Counted from the first letter of the stretch, positions 38,336 to 51,576 are shown. The stretch: DNA of 64,000 nt from Candidatus Kaiserbacteria bacterium CG10_big_fil_rev_8_21_14_0_10_47_16 (GCA_002773395.1 PFBI01000004.1:12615-76614); one strand, 5' to 3'. Notes: generated by a model from the letters alone, not told the origin. A program made the numbers and translations.

Positions 38336-40264
38336 TTAACTGGATAGAAGCTCGAAATCGAGTTCTCGGTTTTGGATATCTGCCCTGGTGAGCTTGACGC
38401 GGATGCTGTCTCCGAGTGTATAAATCTTGCCGGTACGTTGGCCTTTGATGCGATACTTACTCGCCTGATGCTCAAAGAAATCAGTCTTGAGACTTGCGAG
38501 ACGGATCATACCTTCTGCCTTTGATTCCACATCTTCCACGTAAATACCCCAGTCGGTGACGCCGGTAATGGTTGCGTTAAACTCTTGTCCAACACGGTCT
38601 GCCATGTACTCGACTTGTTTGAATTTGATTGAGTCGCGTTCTGCGCGTACGGCAGTCATTTCGCGTTCTGAGGACTGGATAGAAAGCTTCTCGTACTTCG
38701 CGATCTCTTTGCCACTAATTGGTGAGTGATCGATGTTGCGACGGAGGAGTCGGTGCACCATAAGGTCAGGATACCGACGAATTGGTGACGTAAAGTGTGT
38801 GTAGTGTTTGAAGGCGAGACCGAAGTGACCGATGTTTTTGGTTGAGTACACTGCTTTTGCCATCGAACGAATGGTTGCCGTTTTAATAAGATTTTCTTCT
38901 GGTACACCGGTTACTTCTTTGAGCAGTTTATTGAGACTCTTTCCGCTCACAATACCTTTTTGAGTTTCGAGGTCGTATCCGAGTGCGCGGAGGAATATAG
39001 CAAGTTCTTCAATTTTGTCTGGATCAGGAAGATCGTGGATACGATAGACAAAAGCCGCATCGCGACCCTTCGCCTTTGCGAGCGCATAAATATGCTCGGA
39101 CACCTTTCGGTTGGCAAGAAGCATAAAATCTTCAATCATGAGCATTGTTTCGGTACGGACCTTTGTATATGCACGAATCGGTTTGCCTGTTTCATCAAGT
39201 TCGAACTTTACTTCTGGCTGCTCAAAGGCGATCGCACCGTTTGTATATCGCTTGCGACGAAGAATACGCCCAATACTCATAAGGGTATTGAGTTCATCAA
39301 GATGTACGCCCGCTTGCTTGTCGAGCACTTCCTGCGCGTCTTCGTAGCTGAAGCGCTTATCTGAATGGATGATGGTCTGGCCGTACCATTCTTGTTCAAT
39401 ATGGCCATCTGCAGTCATTTCAAAAACTGCAGAAAAGGCGAGCCGGTCTTCATTCGGACGAAGTGAACAGAGATCATTTGAAAGTACTTCTGGGAGCATC
39501 GGAATCACGCGATCCACAAGGTAAATTGAAGTACCACGTTCACGCGCTTCAACATCGATAACTTCGTTCTCACGAACATAGTGCGAGACATCGGCAATAT
39601 GGATACCGATTTGGAAGTTTCCGTTTGGAAGCGTATCAAACGAAATCGCATCGTCGAAGTCTTTTGCATCCGCAGGGTCGATGGTCATTGTGGTTGCGCT
39701 GCGCATGTCGCGACGCTTTGGATCTTGTTCTGCATCTTTAAAAATTTGGTCTTTCGTCTCGTAGAGTTTTTGGGCAGCTTCTTGCACTGGTTCAGGAAAG
39801 TTCTTTGAAAATCCGCCACCACGAATGATGGCCTGCATCTCAGTTTCGTGGTCTCCCGCCGGGCCGAGCACTTCAGTGATTTCTCCCGCAGGATCTTCCT
39901 CAGGACTTTTCCACGAAGTGACCTTCACGACGATTTTCATACCCTCATGAATGTCTGTTGCATTGGTGAGAAGGGGTCGTACGTGAATCCGCTTGTTGTC
40001 AGGAATGAGATGCCATCCATCTGCTTTCTTGAGAGCGAGCCCAATGAGCTCGTCGTGCTTTGGTTTGATCACGCGAGTGACCTTTGCCATGTGGCGGCCT
40101 TCACTGTTCTTTCCGAGGAGTTCAACCTCAACAAGATCGCCATCGAGCGCGAAGCCAAGGGCTTCGCGCTCGATCACTGCGTCCTCTTCTTCATCGGGAA
40201 GGGCAAAAAAACCCGTGCCTTTCCCACGGATCATAATGATGCCCTCGTGTGTAGTTGTAGCCAT
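38336..40264 (-). CDS. rnr: Ribonuclease R (RNB family)
   Basis: TIDPADAKDFDDA, HIADVS, HFTSPIRRYPD, C-terminal S1; start refined to ATG 40264. Confidence 0.94.
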   Translation of the reverse strand: MATTTHEGIIMIRGKGTGFFALPDEEEDAVIEREALGFALDGDLVEVELLGKNSEGRHMAKVTRVIKPKHDELIGLALKKADGWHLIPDNKRIHVRPLLTNATDIHEGMKIVVKVTSWKSPEEDPAGEITEVLGPAGDHETEMQAIIRGGGFSKNFPEPVQEAAQKLYETKDQIFKDAEQDPKRRDMRSATTMTIDPADAKDFDDAISFDTLPNGNFQIGIHIADVSHYVRENEVIDVEARERGTSIYLVDRVIPMLPEVLSNDLCSLRPNEDRLAFSAVFEMTADGHIEQEWYGQTIIHSDKRFSYEDAQEVLDKQAGVHLDELNTLMSIGRILRRKRYTNGAIAFEQPEVKFELDETGKPIRAYTKVRTETMLMIEDFMLLANRKVSEHIYALAKAKGRDAAFVYRIHDLPDPDKIEELAIFLRALGYDLETQKGIVSGKSLNKLLKEVTGVPEENLIKTATIRSMAKAVYSTKNIGHFGLAFKHYTHFTSPIRRYPDLMVHRLLRRNIDHSPISGKEIAKYEKLSIQSSEREMTAVRAERDSIKFKQVEYMADRVGQEFNATITGVTDWGIYVEDVESKAEGMIRLASLKTDFFEHQASKYRIKGQRTGKIYTLGDSIRVKLTRADIQNRELDFELLSS

Positions 40265-40328
40265 GGGCGGAGTATAACAGTCATGAGGCATATTGACCAT
40301 ATGGTTACAATCTGTTACAGTTTCGGCC

Positions 40329-40853
40329 ATGCTAAAAATGCGATTACAAAGAACAGGTCGGAAGAATGATGCGTCATTTCGTGTTGTGGTAACTGACTCA
40401 CGTCGCGGTCCAAAAAGCGGCAAACACGTAGATCTTCTTGGTTCATACAATCCAAAAATGAACAATGTACAGATCGACGGAGAAAAGGCTAAGTCTTGGA
40501 TCGCAAAGGGAGTACAGGTATCTGATACGGTACACAATCTTCTCGTAGGCCAAAAGGTTATTGAGGGGAAGAAGATTAACGTTCTCCCACGAAAATCTCC
40601 TGTTATCAACGAAGCAAAGGTGAAGGCAGAAGCAGAAGCTGCAGCTGCAAAGGAGGCGAAGGAAGCCGCTGAAAAAGCGGCAGCCGAAGCACCAGCTGAA
40701 GAAGCTGCACCTGAAGCTGATGTTCCTGCAGAAGCAGAGACAGAAGCTACACCAGAGGAAGCACCAGTAGAAGCAGAAGCTCCAGTAGAACCTGAAGCAG
40801 AAGCAGTTACTGAGGAAGCTCCTGCACCAGAGGCTGAAGAGCCAAAGGCGTAG
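40329..40853 (+). CDS. rpsP: 30S ribosomal protein S16 with long Ala/Glu/Pro tail
   Basis: MLKMRLQRTGRK...FRVVVTDSR...LGSYNP. Confidence 0.95.
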   Translation: MLKMRLQRTGRKNDASFRVVVTDSRRGPKSGKHVDLLGSYNPKMNNVQIDGEKAKSWIAKGVQVSDTVHNLLVGQKVIEGKKINVLPRKSPVINEAKVKAEAEAAAAKEAKEAAEKAAAEAPAEEAAPEADVPAEAETEATPEEAPVEAEAPVEPEAEAVTEEAPAPEAEEPKA

Positions 40854-40871
40854 GCAAAAACGAAATTATAA

Positions 40872-40900
40872 AACAGCGCGATTGTTACAATCGCGCTGTT
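40872..40900. terminator. Hairpin after rpsP, overlapping the next promoter's -35 (TTGACG)
   Basis: AACAGCGCGATTGT-T-ACAATCGCGCTGTT. Confidence 0.65.
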
Positions 40901-40991
40901 GACGTTTATGGGTACCTCTCGTACTATTTAGAGAGCACGATACTGAAGTCAGCTATCTGCCGCTTAACAGTTAGTTCTAAACACACCTTGT

Positions 40992-41348
40992 ATGCAAGAA
41001 GATCAGCAATTTCTCGAAGCACTTGTAAAAGCACTCGTTGACCATCCAGAAAGTGTAAAGATCAATCGCACCGTTGATGAAATGGGTGTTCTCCTTACCC
41101 TCGACGTTCATGCGGAAGACATGGGAAAGATTATTGGTCGCAGTGGTAATACCGCAAAGGCGATCCGTACACTTCTCCGTGTTGTCGGTATGAAGCACGA
41201 TGCACGCGTAAATCTTAAGATCAATGAACCAGAAGGAGGGAAGGGCATGATGGGTACTATGGCAGGGAGTGACTCTACTGATATGGATGCGGAAGTGGCG
41301 CCACAGCCTAAGTCACTCGACGAGGCTATCGACGACTTGAAGATCTAA
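40992..41348 (+). CDS. khpA: KH-domain RNA-binding protein
   Basis: LVDHPE.V, DMGKIIGRSGNTAKAIRTLL; follows rpsP. Confidence 0.9.
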   Translation: MQEDQQFLEALVKALVDHPESVKINRTVDEMGVLLTLDVHAEDMGKIIGRSGNTAKAIRTLLRVVGMKHDARVNLKINEPEGGKGMMGTMAGSDSTDMDAEVAPQPKSLDEAIDDLKI

Positions 41349-41450
41349 AACTGGAAAATTTCTTTGTCGCACATCAAAATTTTTTGTTCACCGTACGATT
41401 TGTACGACTCACAAAAAATTTCTCGTGCTTCGCGAACTTTCCTCAGTTTT
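41347..41450. repeat. ~104-bp imperfect palindromic (REP-like) element
   Basis: AAAACTG/CAGTTTT, GCAC/GTGC, AAATTTTTTGT/ACAAAAAATTT, CGTAC-GATTT-GTACG nested stems with regular bulges. Confidence 0.65.
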
Positions 41451-41526
41451 TGACTTCAAGTGGGAAGATAAAAAAAGAAAAAACCGCGGACTACCGTCCG
41501 CGGCGTTTTCTGATACTATAAAAGCG

Positions 41527-41961
41527 ATGCTGCAATTGGAACCAATTAATTTTGCTGAGCATAGATTTCACTATCTTGCACCTTTCTCTGCACATGAGAT
41601 AGAGATCGATGGCGTGATATATAAAACGGCAGAGCATGCGTATCAAGCGCTTCGGGTGATTCCTGAAGCCCGTCATAGAATTATTGCGGCACGAAGTCCA
41701 CTAGATGCATGGCGAGAAGGGCAGAAGTGTAAGGAAAATAATGAAGTGCTTCTGGATTATGATAAAGATGCACTTATGGAACAAATCTTCCGCGCCAAGC
41801 TCAAGCAACATGATGATGTGAAGCAAGTACTCATAGAGTCCGGCGAAAGAGGTTTATTGAAGTTGCATGGGTCAGATTATTATTGGGGCACAGGTGCAGA
41901 TGGTTCTGGAAAAAACAGAATGGGTAAAATTTGGATGAAACTTAGAGAAGAAATTAAATAA
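41527..41961 (+). CDS. NADAR (YbiA-like) family protein
   Basis: EIDGVIYKTAEHAYQA, KLKQH, DYYWGTG.DGSGKNRMGKIWM.LR. Confidence 0.88.
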   Translation: MLQLEPINFAEHRFHYLAPFSAHEIEIDGVIYKTAEHAYQALRVIPEARHRIIAARSPLDAWREGQKCKENNEVLLDYDKDALMEQIFRAKLKQHDDVKQVLIESGERGLLKLHGSDYYWGTGADGSGKNRMGKIWMKLREEIK

Positions 41962-41962
41962 T

Positions 41963-42634
41963 ATGAACTTTCACGTAATCACACTGTTTCCAGATATTTG
42001 CAAAGCGTACACAGACGCGGGTGTGTTAGGGCGTGCGCAGAAGACTGAGAAAGGGAAAGGAGCAAAAGTGCGTGGAAAGAAAATTGCTGTTGCGTATTAC
42101 AACCCGCGCGACTACACAAAAGACAAACACAATAAAGTAGACGAGCGTCCGTACGGCGGCGGTCCAGGCATGGTGATGCAAGCTGCACCAATTCTGAAAG
42201 CAGTCGAGAAAGCAGTTGGAAAAAAGAATCCGAAAGAAGTGAAGGTGCTTATTATGGCACCGCGCGGAAAAAAGTTTGATACCGCGATGGCAAAGAAGCT
42301 TGCGAAAAGCTACAAACACCTCGTACTCATCTCTGGTCGCTACGAAGGTATTGATGCGCGTGTAAAGAAGATTTTGAAAGCCGAAGAGATTTCGGTAGGA
42401 GACTATGTGCTCACAGGAGGCGAGCTCCCGGCACTTTCTATTATCGACTCTGTCGCGCGGCAAGTGGAAGGAGTGCTCGGTACCTACGAATCACTCGAGG
42501 AAAGTCGTATTTCAAGCGGAGAAATGTACACTCGTCCCGAAATCCTCGAATATAAGGGCAAGAAACACAAAGTCCCTAAAGTCCTCGTAGAAGGAAACCA
42601 TAAGGAAATAGAGAAATGGCGAAGTGGTAAATAG
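41963..42634 (+). CDS. trmD: tRNA (guanine37-N1)-methyltransferase
   Basis: RPYGGGPGMVM, GRYEGIDAR, SVGDYVLTGGE, YTRP. Confidence 0.96.
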   Translation: MNFHVITLFPDICKAYTDAGVLGRAQKTEKGKGAKVRGKKIAVAYYNPRDYTKDKHNKVDERPYGGGPGMVMQAAPILKAVEKAVGKKNPKEVKVLIMAPRGKKFDTAMAKKLAKSYKHLVLISGRYEGIDARVKKILKAEEISVGDYVLTGGELPALSIIDSVARQVEGVLGTYESLEESRISSGEMYTRPEILEYKGKKHKVPKVLVEGNHKEIEKWRSGK

Positions 42635-42636
42635 TT

Positions 42637-43248
42637 ATGCATATTCAACCACATGATCATACTGGGGCAGCAACGGTAGCGTACGTGCTTAACTCTAAAT
42701 TTTCCAAGGAAGGCGTTGCAGCCATCTCAAAATTACATCAGGAGATATCAAAATATTTTGGAGAGCTCGCATGGTTGCTTCCATCGCAATCTTTGCACGT
42801 AACGCTTATGGATTGGATTGCGCCGTTTGTGCAATACGGTGAAGATCCTGACATACTTTTTAAAAAGCATGGTGAACGATATATCTCTGTTCTCGAAGAT
42901 ATCGTAAAGAAGGAGGGTCCGATATCTGTTCATTTTAACCAGATTAATATATCGCCGACCACTATATTTATTCAAGGCACTGATGATGGGGCATATCAGA
43001 GAATAAGAGAATCTTTTTTAATGAAAGCGGAGCTCCTCCCCGGTACTAAGCAGCCACCGAGCATTATTCATGCGTCCATCGCTCGATTTGTTGGTGTGGC
43101 AGATTTCCCTGAAGCTGAAGACTTTATTGCGACAGTCCCAGTCGATTTCGAAGAAAACATTGACGAGTTTCGCTTAGTACGAGAGACGATACTTCCTATG
43201 CAGGGATATGAAATACTCAGGACATTGCCACTACGTAGTAAAATTTGA
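42637..43248 (+). CDS. 2H-phosphoesterase (2'-5' RNA ligase superfamily) protein
   Basis: Two HxT/S motifs, SLHVTL and IIHASIAR; C-terminal F.LV.E......YE pattern. Confidence 0.72.
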   Translation: MHIQPHDHTGAATVAYVLNSKFSKEGVAAISKLHQEISKYFGELAWLLPSQSLHVTLMDWIAPFVQYGEDPDILFKKHGERYISVLEDIVKKEGPISVHFNQINISPTTIFIQGTDDGAYQRIRESFLMKAELLPGTKQPPSIIHASIARFVGVADFPEAEDFIATVPVDFEENIDEFRLVRETILPMQGYEILRTLPLRSKI

Positions 43249-43273
43249 CGGATTGGGGCTTATTTGGTACACT
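43245..43273 (+). promoter_or_regulatory. Sigma70 promoter for rpoBC
   Basis: TTGACG-N17-TACACT. Confidence 0.7.
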
Positions 43274-43492
43274 GCCGGCACGAAATTGGGGTCTTGGGAT
43301 GAGTTGCGGTTGAGGATTTATAAAATTTCGGCGTTCTTGGAAAATGAGTGGAGGCTCATTTTTTAACTTTTTTACTCACAATACGTGATGCAATTACAAG
43401 CCGATTAAGGTAGCGCAGTATTTTGTACGCATTTATAATGCGGAATTTTTTGTGTCTAGCTTTCTCACATTATTCACTAGTCGAATATCATA

Positions 43493-46400
43493 ATGGCAAA
43501 AGATACATCAAAGGGAACAGTGGCACCGACCGTTGGAATGCTTCCAAAGAAGTACTTCAAGAAATATCGACCACCACTCGTTGAGCTCCCGGATCTCATC
43601 CAGCCACAACGCGAATCATACAAGTGGTTTGTTGAGACTGCGCTTAAAGAAGTGTTTAAGGAATTTTCACCAATTTCAGACTACTCAGACAAAAAGTTTG
43701 AGCTCGTCTTTAAGAAGTACGAACTCGGGAAGGCAAAGTGCACCCCAGAGTTTGCAAAGGAAAATAAACTTACCTACGACGCACCACTCCGTGCGAGTGT
43801 TGTTCTTAAGAACAAGACGCTTGCCTCTGATAAGGAGCAGGAAATCTTTTTTGCCGATATTCCTGTCATGACTGATCACGGTACCTTCATCATCAACGGT
43901 GTTGAACGAGTTATTGTGCCGCAGCTCGCACGTTCGTACGGTATCTTCTTTACGACACAGGAACAGAAAGGACGCACATACTTTGGTGCGAAGATTATTC
44001 CCGCACGAGGTGCATGGGTAGAAATCGAATCTGAAGCCGATGGTGCGATCTATGTGAAGATTGACCGAAAGCGAAAGTTCCCCGTCACAGCACTCCTCCG
44101 CGTATTTGGTGTTGAGACTGAAAAGGAAATGCTTGCGCTCTTCAAGAAAATTCCTGGAGGTGAAGCATATCTCAAGACAACGCTTGAAAAAGACCCCGCA
44201 AAGACAACTGATGATGCGTTTATCGAAATCTACCGACGCCTCCGCGACGGTGATCTTGCGACAGTAGAAAATGCCCGTGAATTCATCGGGTCTATTTTCG
44301 CGTCTGCACGATACGATCTTTCAGAGATTGGACGCCATCACTTCAATGAACGATCAGGACGCCCAACAGACAAGAAGGCAACAGACGAGCGAACAGTATC
44401 ACTCGATGACCTCATCACGATTCTTGATCACATCATCGTGCACAACGCGACTCCAGGAGCAACGGCAGACGACATCGACCACCTCGGATTCCGCCGCGTA
44501 CGTTACTTTGGTGAAATGCTCCAACAGCGCGTTCGTGTGGGTCTTACTCGCATGAAGCGAAATATTCAGGACCGTATGTCTACGATTGAAGCAGAGACAT
44601 CACTTCCGATTCAACTCATCAACCCGCGTCCACTCCAGGCTGCGATTAAGGAATTCTTTACGACCAACCAGCTTTCACAGTTCATGCCACAGCAGAACAT
44701 TCTTGCTGAACTTGAAGGACTCCGAACACTCTCAGCGCTCGGTCCCGGTGGTCTTACACGAGAACGAGCAGGTTTTGAAGTACGTGACGTACACACAAGT
44801 CACTACGGACGCCTCTGCCCAATCCACACACCAGAAGGACCAAACATCGGTCTTATCCTTCGTCTTTCAATGTACTCACGGGTAAACCGATTCGGTATTA
44901 TCGAAACGCCGTACGCGAAGGTGGTGAAGGGAGTTGTTACTGGAGAAATCGTTTATCTTAACGCCCACGAAGAAGAAAAGTTTGCAATTGCACACGCAGC
45001 AACAAATGTTGACGACAGTGGCAAGATCATGCAAGACATTGTGGAAGCACGACGCGGTGGGGAACCACGTGCGATTGAAAAGAATGAAATTGATTTCATG
45101 GATGTTGCGACGAACCAAGCGTTCTCAGTCGCAACCTCAATGATTCCATTCCTTAACCACGACGATGCGAACCGTGCGCTCATGGGGTCAAACATGCAGA
45201 AGCAGGCGACACCATGTATCGTGCCAGAAGCACCACTTGTCGCAACAGGTATTGAAGAAATTGCAGCGCGAGACACTGGTCGCGTACTCTTTGCAAAGGA
45301 AGCAGGAGACGTTGTTGAAGCTGACGCAAAGCATGTTGTCGTAAAAGGAAAAGATGGAAAGAAGATCGAGTATCCACTCATCAGCTTCCAGCGAACCAAC
45401 GACTTCTCAGCCTTCTACCACCGTTGTGCGGTAACGGTAGGAGACAAACTCAAGCGAGGAGATCTTATTGCAGACACCTCATCAACTGATAACGGACAAA
45501 TGGCACTTGGGCAAAATGCACTCGTTGCCTTCATGAGTTGGAACGGAGCAAACTACGAAGACGCGATTATTATTTCAGAACGTCTCGTAAAGGATAGTAA
45601 GTTTGCAACGGTACACATGGACGAGCTTGAGGTGTCAGTACGTGATACAAAACTCGGCCCAGAAGTAACGACTCCAGACATTCCAAACGTATCAGAACAG
45701 AAACTCCGCAACCTTGATGAAAACGGAATCATCCGCATTGGTGCGGAAGTACGTACGGGAGATATTCTTGTCGGTAAAGTAACACCAAAAGGTGAAACAC
45801 AGCTTACGCCAGAAGAGCGCCTCCTCCGTTCTATCTTCGGAGAAAAGGCAAAGGATGTGAAAGACACATCACTCCGTCTTGAAGCAGGGAAGCGAGGTCG
45901 CGTTATTGGCGTGAAAATTTTCTCACGTGAAAATGGTGACCAACTCGAAAGCGGTGTTATCAAGCGAATCCACATTACCGTCGCGCAAGTTCGAAACGTT
46001 TCTGTGGGAGACAAGCTTGCGGGACGTCACGGTAACAAGGGAGTTATCTCACGTATTCTTCCTGAGGAAGATATGCCGTACACCGAAGACGGAAAGCCAA
46101 TTGATATTCTCCTTACACCGCTCGGAGTACCAAGTCGTATGAACCTCGGTCAGATTCTCGAGCTTCACCTTGGTATGGCTGCAAATACACTTGGCTACCA
46201 GGCAATCGTGCCACCGTTTGCAGGAGCAACAGAAGATGAAATCAAGGACGAGCTCGAAGCAGCAGGATTTGAACGTGACGGGAAGCTTTGGCTCCGTGAC
46301 GGTCGAACGGGCGAACAATTCGCACAGAAGACATCAGTCGGATACATGTACATCTTGAAACTCCACCACATGGTAGAGGACAAGATTCACATGCGTTCAA

Positions 46401-46720
46401 TTGGTCCGTACTCTCTTATTACCCAGCAGCCGCTCGGTGGTAAGGCGCAGGTTGGAGGTCAGCGATTTGGAGAAATGGAAGTGTGGGCACTTCTCGGATA
46501 CGGTGCTGCGTACACACTTCGTGAAATGCTCACGATTAAGTCTGACGATATCGTTGGTCGTAGTGCAGCATTTGACGCGATTGTGCGTGGTGAGCGTATT
46601 GCACACCCACATACGCCAGCAGCGTTCAACGTGCTTGTTAATCAGCTTCGTGGTCTTGCGCTTGATATCGATCTCAAGCGTGAGGATATGCCGCGCTTGC
46701 AGCGTCGAAGTCGCAATTAA
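43493..46720 (+). CDS. rpoB: RNA polymerase beta subunit
   Basis: GTFIINGVERV, TPEGPNIGL, GDKLAGRHGNKGV, GGQRFGEME. Confidence 0.98.
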   Translation: MAKDTSKGTVAPTVGMLPKKYFKKYRPPLVELPDLIQPQRESYKWFVETALKEVFKEFSPISDYSDKKFELVFKKYELGKAKCTPEFAKENKLTYDAPLRASVVLKNKTLASDKEQEIFFADIPVMTDHGTFIINGVERVIVPQLARSYGIFFTTQEQKGRTYFGAKIIPARGAWVEIESEADGAIYVKIDRKRKFPVTALLRVFGVETEKEMLALFKKIPGGEAYLKTTLEKDPAKTTDDAFIEIYRRLRDGDLATVENAREFIGSIFASARYDLSEIGRHHFNERSGRPTDKKATDERTVSLDDLITILDHIIVHNATPGATADDIDHLGFRRVRYFGEMLQQRVRVGLTRMKRNIQDRMSTIEAETSLPIQLINPRPLQAAIKEFFTTNQLSQFMPQQNILAELEGLRTLSALGPGGLTRERAGFEVRDVHTSHYGRLCPIHTPEGPNIGLILRLSMYSRVNRFGIIETPYAKVVKGVVTGEIVYLNAHEEEKFAIAHAATNVDDSGKIMQDIVEARRGGEPRAIEKNEIDFMDVATNQAFSVATSMIPFLNHDDANRALMGSNMQKQATPCIVPEAPLVATGIEEIAARDTGRVLFAKEAGDVVEADAKHVVVKGKDGKKIEYPLISFQRTNDFSAFYHRCAVTVGDKLKRGDLIADTSSTDNGQMALGQNALVAFMSWNGANYEDAIIISERLVKDSKFATVHMDELEVSVRDTKLGPEVTTPDIPNVSEQKLRNLDENGIIRIGAEVRTGDILVGKVTPKGETQLTPEERLLRSIFGEKAKDVKDTSLRLEAGKRGRVIGVKIFSRENGDQLESGVIKRIHITVAQVRNVSVGDKLAGRHGNKGVISRILPEEDMPYTEDGKPIDILLTPLGVPSRMNLGQILELHLGMAANTLGYQAIVPPFAGATEDEIKDELEAAGFERDGKLWLRDGRTGEQFAQKTSVGYMYILKLHHMVEDKIHMRSIGPYSLITQQPLGGKAQVGGQRFGEMEVWALLGYGAAYTLREMLTIKSDDIVGRSAAFDAIVRGERIAHPHTPAAFNVLVNQLRGLALDIDLKREDMPRLQRRSRN

Positions 46721-46746
46721 TAGCTTCAAGTAATCAATTCATCAAT

Positions 46747-50421
<3,675 letters not shown>

Positions 50422-50435
50422 ATCCCTACGTATTC

Positions 50436-50470
50436 GCAAAAAGCCGGTGTTTCTAACACCGGCTTTTTGC
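50436..50470 (+). terminator. Terminator after rpoC
   Basis: GCAAAAAGCCGGTGTT-TCT-AACACCGGCTTTTTGC. Confidence 0.8.
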
Positions 50471-50501
50471 TATCGCAAGGGTCTGGTCGTATACTGGATA
50501 T

Positions 50502-50744
50502 ATGAAGGAACTCAAAGCAGGGCAGCGATACAGACACTTTCGTACACAAAATACGTATATTATTCTTGGTATCGGGCATCATACTGAGACGGTCGAAAAG
50601 TTGGTTATCTACCAAGGGGAATACGAAGACCCTAAGTTTGGTGTTCACCCAATTTGGGCTCGTCCGTACGAGATGTTTATTGAAGATGTAGAGGTTGAAG
50701 GGGAACCGGTAGAGCGATTTACACTCATTCAAGATATTGTATGA
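50502..50744 (+). CDS. DUF1653-family small protein
   Basis: G.RYRHF...Y.ILG...HTET.E.LVIYQ..Y...WARPY.MF......RF. Confidence 0.85.
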   Translation: MKELKAGQRYRHFRTQNTYIILGIGHHTETVEKLVIYQGEYEDPKFGVHPIWARPYEMFIEDVEVEGEPVERFTLIQDIV

Positions 50745-51208
50745 GTAAAAAAGTAATGACCATTACTTTTTTGTATCAATCACCAAATATTTTACTTGGC
50801 ATGAAGAAGCGCGGATTTGGGGCAGGGAGGTGGAATGGGTTTGGCGGCAAGGTAGAGGAAGGAGAGTCAATTGAAGATACTGCACGAAGGGAAATATTTG
50901 AAGAAGCAGGAATACATGTTGGAACTCTAGATAAGAGAGGTATCCTCAATTTTACATTTGAACACAATGACGATCACATAGAGGCACACGTTTTTAATAC
51001 AAAAGATTTTGAAGGGGAAATAACAGAGAGTGAGGAAATGCGTCCACAGTGGTTTAAGGTTAGTGAAATTCCATTTACTGAGATGTGGAAGTCGGACACA
51101 ATCTGGCTACCGCTGTTCTTAGAGGGGAAACATTTCACCGGTAGCTTTCACTTCGATGAATCCCACACTGTTCTGATGCATGGGCTACAAGAGAATGCAC
51201 AATTATGA
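50741..51208 (+). CDS. NUDIX hydrolase, MTH1/8-oxo-dGTPase-like
   Basis: LLGMKKRGFGAGRWNGFGGKVEEGE....ARREIFEEAG, ESEEMRPQWF, MW..D..W. Confidence 0.9.
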   Translation: MSKKVMTITFLYQSPNILLGMKKRGFGAGRWNGFGGKVEEGESIEDTARREIFEEAGIHVGTLDKRGILNFTFEHNDDHIEAHVFNTKDFEGEITESEEMRPQWFKVSEIPFTEMWKSDTIWLPLFLEGKHFTGSFHFDESHTVLMHGLQENAQL

Positions 51209-51220
51209 AATAAGCGTCGA

Positions 51221-51413
51221 CTTCCCTAGAGCTAAAGCATTTTAGACAGGGAAGGGCATACTTGCCTATCAAGTATGAAATTCTTTTGACCGACAGTCTC
51301 CGGAAATGTATCGAAATAGAGATCGGAGAGAGTTCGTAGATATTAAAGAGAGAATAATTATGGAGACGAGGATCAACTCGGTACAAAGCCCAGCGCCTTA
51401 ACTGCAGGGAACC
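51221..51413 (-). ncRNA. Candidate structured ncRNA (~190 nt)
   Basis: Ends pair over ~17 bp, with G-U pairs that only form on the minus strand; inner stems ACCGA/TCGGT and GTCTCC/GGAGAC; TACAAT -10 just upstream. Confidence 0.45.
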
Positions 51414-51576
51414 CCCTCATTGTATAATGTATAAGCGTCGCACAATATATCTTTTACGACCTATATATACATCTAAACAAAGCTCTGTACGCCTCTGTGA
51501 GGTTCCTTGATTGGTTGAGCCATAGTAAGAGTCCTGTGTGTACTACTATCTTTTATCAACGTAATCCTTAAATCGT

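Noticed and set aside
40265-40609. N-terminal extension of rnr in the ORF track
   Set aside because: Overlaps rpsP on the opposite strand; the real start is more likely ATG 40264 with a TATACT just upstream.
40620-40850. GAAGC/GAAGCA-rich repetitive DNA
   Set aside because: Simply encodes the low-complexity Ala/Glu/Pro tail of S16.
51361-51416. tRNA- or tmRNA-like 3' end (CTCGTCTCCA on the minus strand)
   Set aside because: No T-loop consensus or acceptor pairing, and the match is too short; better explained as part of the larger fold.
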